From a virus, in IMG/VR virus record IMGVR_UViG_3300025141_000029, positions 1-64,000 of that record: a stretch of DNA of 64,000 nucleotides, one strand, 5' to 3'. Position numbers and translations under genes: made by a program. Positions 63,816 to 64,000 of the stretch are shown in pieces. The notes under the pieces were generated by a model. That model ran no database searches and had not been told where the DNA came from. It was given only the letters and a program-made list of their open reading frames with translations. The first letter of the stretch is position 1, and every line of letters begins with the position of its first letter.

Positions 63816-63823
63816 TAAATAGT
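63816..63823 (-). promoter_or_regulatory. Putative late promoter ACTATTTA for scaffold-MCP
   Basis: Recurring motif. Confidence 0.65.
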
Positions 63824-63852
63824 ATATATATCCTTTAAATGACAAAATCACT

Positions 63853-64000
63853 TTATAAAGTATTTACACCAGAGCCAGAAATATAATCACCAGGCATTCG
63901 AGTTGATGGGATGTTTGTTAATTCAGCGAATATTTGGAAGGATGCCGTTGCTGCGGTGCCACCTGCGATGACGGCGACATTGATGTGATTAGTTCTCACT
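63853..64000 (-). CDS. 3' end of an upstream virion gene (partial)
   Basis: ...FQIFAELTNIP...SGSGVNTL*. Confidence 0.55.
   Translation of the reverse strand, partial: VRTNHINVAVIAGGTAATASFQIFAELTNIPSTRMPGDYISGSGVNTL

Noticed and set aside
1-64000. Stop-codon reassignment as in some jumbo phages
   Set aside because: Long conserved genes are intact in code 11, all three stops terminate genes, and no suppressor tRNA was seen

Overview
The window is a 64-kb piece of a large (probably jumbo) myovirus genome with T4-like morphogenesis genes. Essentially every real gene is on the minus strand, in the standard genetic code. In transcription order (right to left) it holds four blocks. (1) Structural: scaffold, gp23-like major capsid, neck, tail terminator, sheath, tube, gp26/gp51-like chaperone pair, tape measure and baseplate genes. 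(2) Replication and metabolism: minimal PolA-family polymerase, tubulin/PhuZ-like protein, gp32-like SSB, UvsX/RecA, 5'-3' exonuclease, helicase, class II RNR, GroES, ThyX, lytic transglycosylase, cysteine synthase, DnaE, dUTPase, Smr, IMPDH/GMPR, ClpP, amidase, GroEL, glutaredoxin and Hsp20. (3) Accessory: SpoU/TrmH methylase, a type II-like R-M pair, tRNAs, a T3 SAMase-like gene, PurA, deaminase, MazG-like, protease and GIY-YIG genes. (4) An early region. The most striking observations are: a 3.4-kb array of 18 tiny 'MKVGDLV' SH3/KOW-like genes chained by a dual-coding DNA repeat that is both the end of one gene and the RBS/start of the next; a T3-type SAM lyase with a capsid-targeting-like N-terminus; at least 55 copies of the palindrome GCCGGC in an AT-rich genome; sigma70-like promoters with an almost invariant 16-bp spacer plus a separate late motif ACTAHTTA; a tRNA-Ile(UAU); and a predicted +1/-2 frameshift joining the gp26/gp51-like genes. 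All annotation is by eye from motifs, and no searches were run.
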